From Bacteroidota bacterium (GTDB lineage: Bacteria; Bacteroidota; Bacteroidia; Bacteroidales; JACABE01), in assembly GCA_037133555.1 (NCBI GenBank), contig JBAXNW010000004.1:13176-77175 (forward strand): DNA of 64,000 bases, read 5' to 3'. The notes beneath the pieces are model-generated. The model worked only from the letters and a program-made list of their open reading frames with translations, was not told the origin of the DNA and ran no database searches. The position numbers and the translations under genes were made by a program. This document shows positions 63,814 to 64,000 of this stretch, in pieces; the first letter of the stretch is position 1, and each line of letters starts with the position of its first letter.

Positions 63814-64000
63814 AATTATTTTTTTGAAAATCAGCGTTTTTCTAACCACAAAAATACAGTAAAAAATCAATAGATGTTAGGCATTGATAAAATTAAAATC
63901 TTCGGCAAACTTTTCGTTTTTTTAGCTTTCATTTTTTCGACTTCTCAATTATTCCAACTTTCTATCTGAATATCAATTTTGCTAATTTATATACTGATTC

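Noticed and set aside
1-64000. A search by eye for tRNA, rRNA, tmRNA, RNase P or SRP RNA, and for transposase, integrase, phage or known defence-system genes.
   Set aside because: No intergenic segment shows cloverleaf-type or GC-rich conserved RNA features. No ORF shows DDE, tyrosine- or serine-recombinase, capsid, terminase or Cas-type motifs. The absence rests on visual inspection only and should be confirmed with tRNAscan-SE, Infernal and HMM searches.

Overview
Low-GC chromosomal segment that looks like Bacteroidota. Support: three proteins with T9SS C-terminal sorting domains, TAnnTTTG-type -7 promoter motifs close to start codons, and housekeeping genes secA, recJ, rnr, glyQS, asd, pcm, xth and tsaB. 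Nt 1-22875 is a dense signalling island. It holds eight histidine-kinase or hybrid-kinase genes plus a FIST protein, interrupted only by a CopA-type Cu ATPase. No DNA-binding response regulator is visible. The remaining 41 kb carries housekeeping and envelope genes: GH29 fucosidase; an MBOAT + 2 SGNH + LysM lytic transglycosylase block (putative glycan O-acetylation module); a HicB/HicA pair; a MacA-like adaptor with TolC; an orphan MacB/LolD-type ATPase; a polyprenyl-phosphate sugar transferase; and an M1 peptidase, LTD protein and GH16 as T9SS cargo. I saw no rRNA, tRNA, CRISPR array, transposase, integrase or phage genes. The most unusual content is non-coding. Many of the intergenic gaps are built from a small vocabulary of repeat modules: (i) 7-8 bp tandem arrays in at least five sequence families, often starting at or inside a stop codon; (ii) a ~33 nt hairpin module with three stem versions that preserve pairing, arranged as 40-bp-phased direct copies plus an inverted variant (REP/BIME-like); (iii) a 171-172 bp composite module present twice, 13 kb apart, with only about 5 differences; (iv) a nested-inverted-repeat MITE-like element present twice. 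One perfect 4-unit octamer array lies at the copA / sensor-kinase junction, where the two genes share an ATGA overlap. Loss of one unit would fuse the two ORFs in frame. All functional readings of these repeats are hypotheses. Domain calls come from motifs read by eye, not from database searches.
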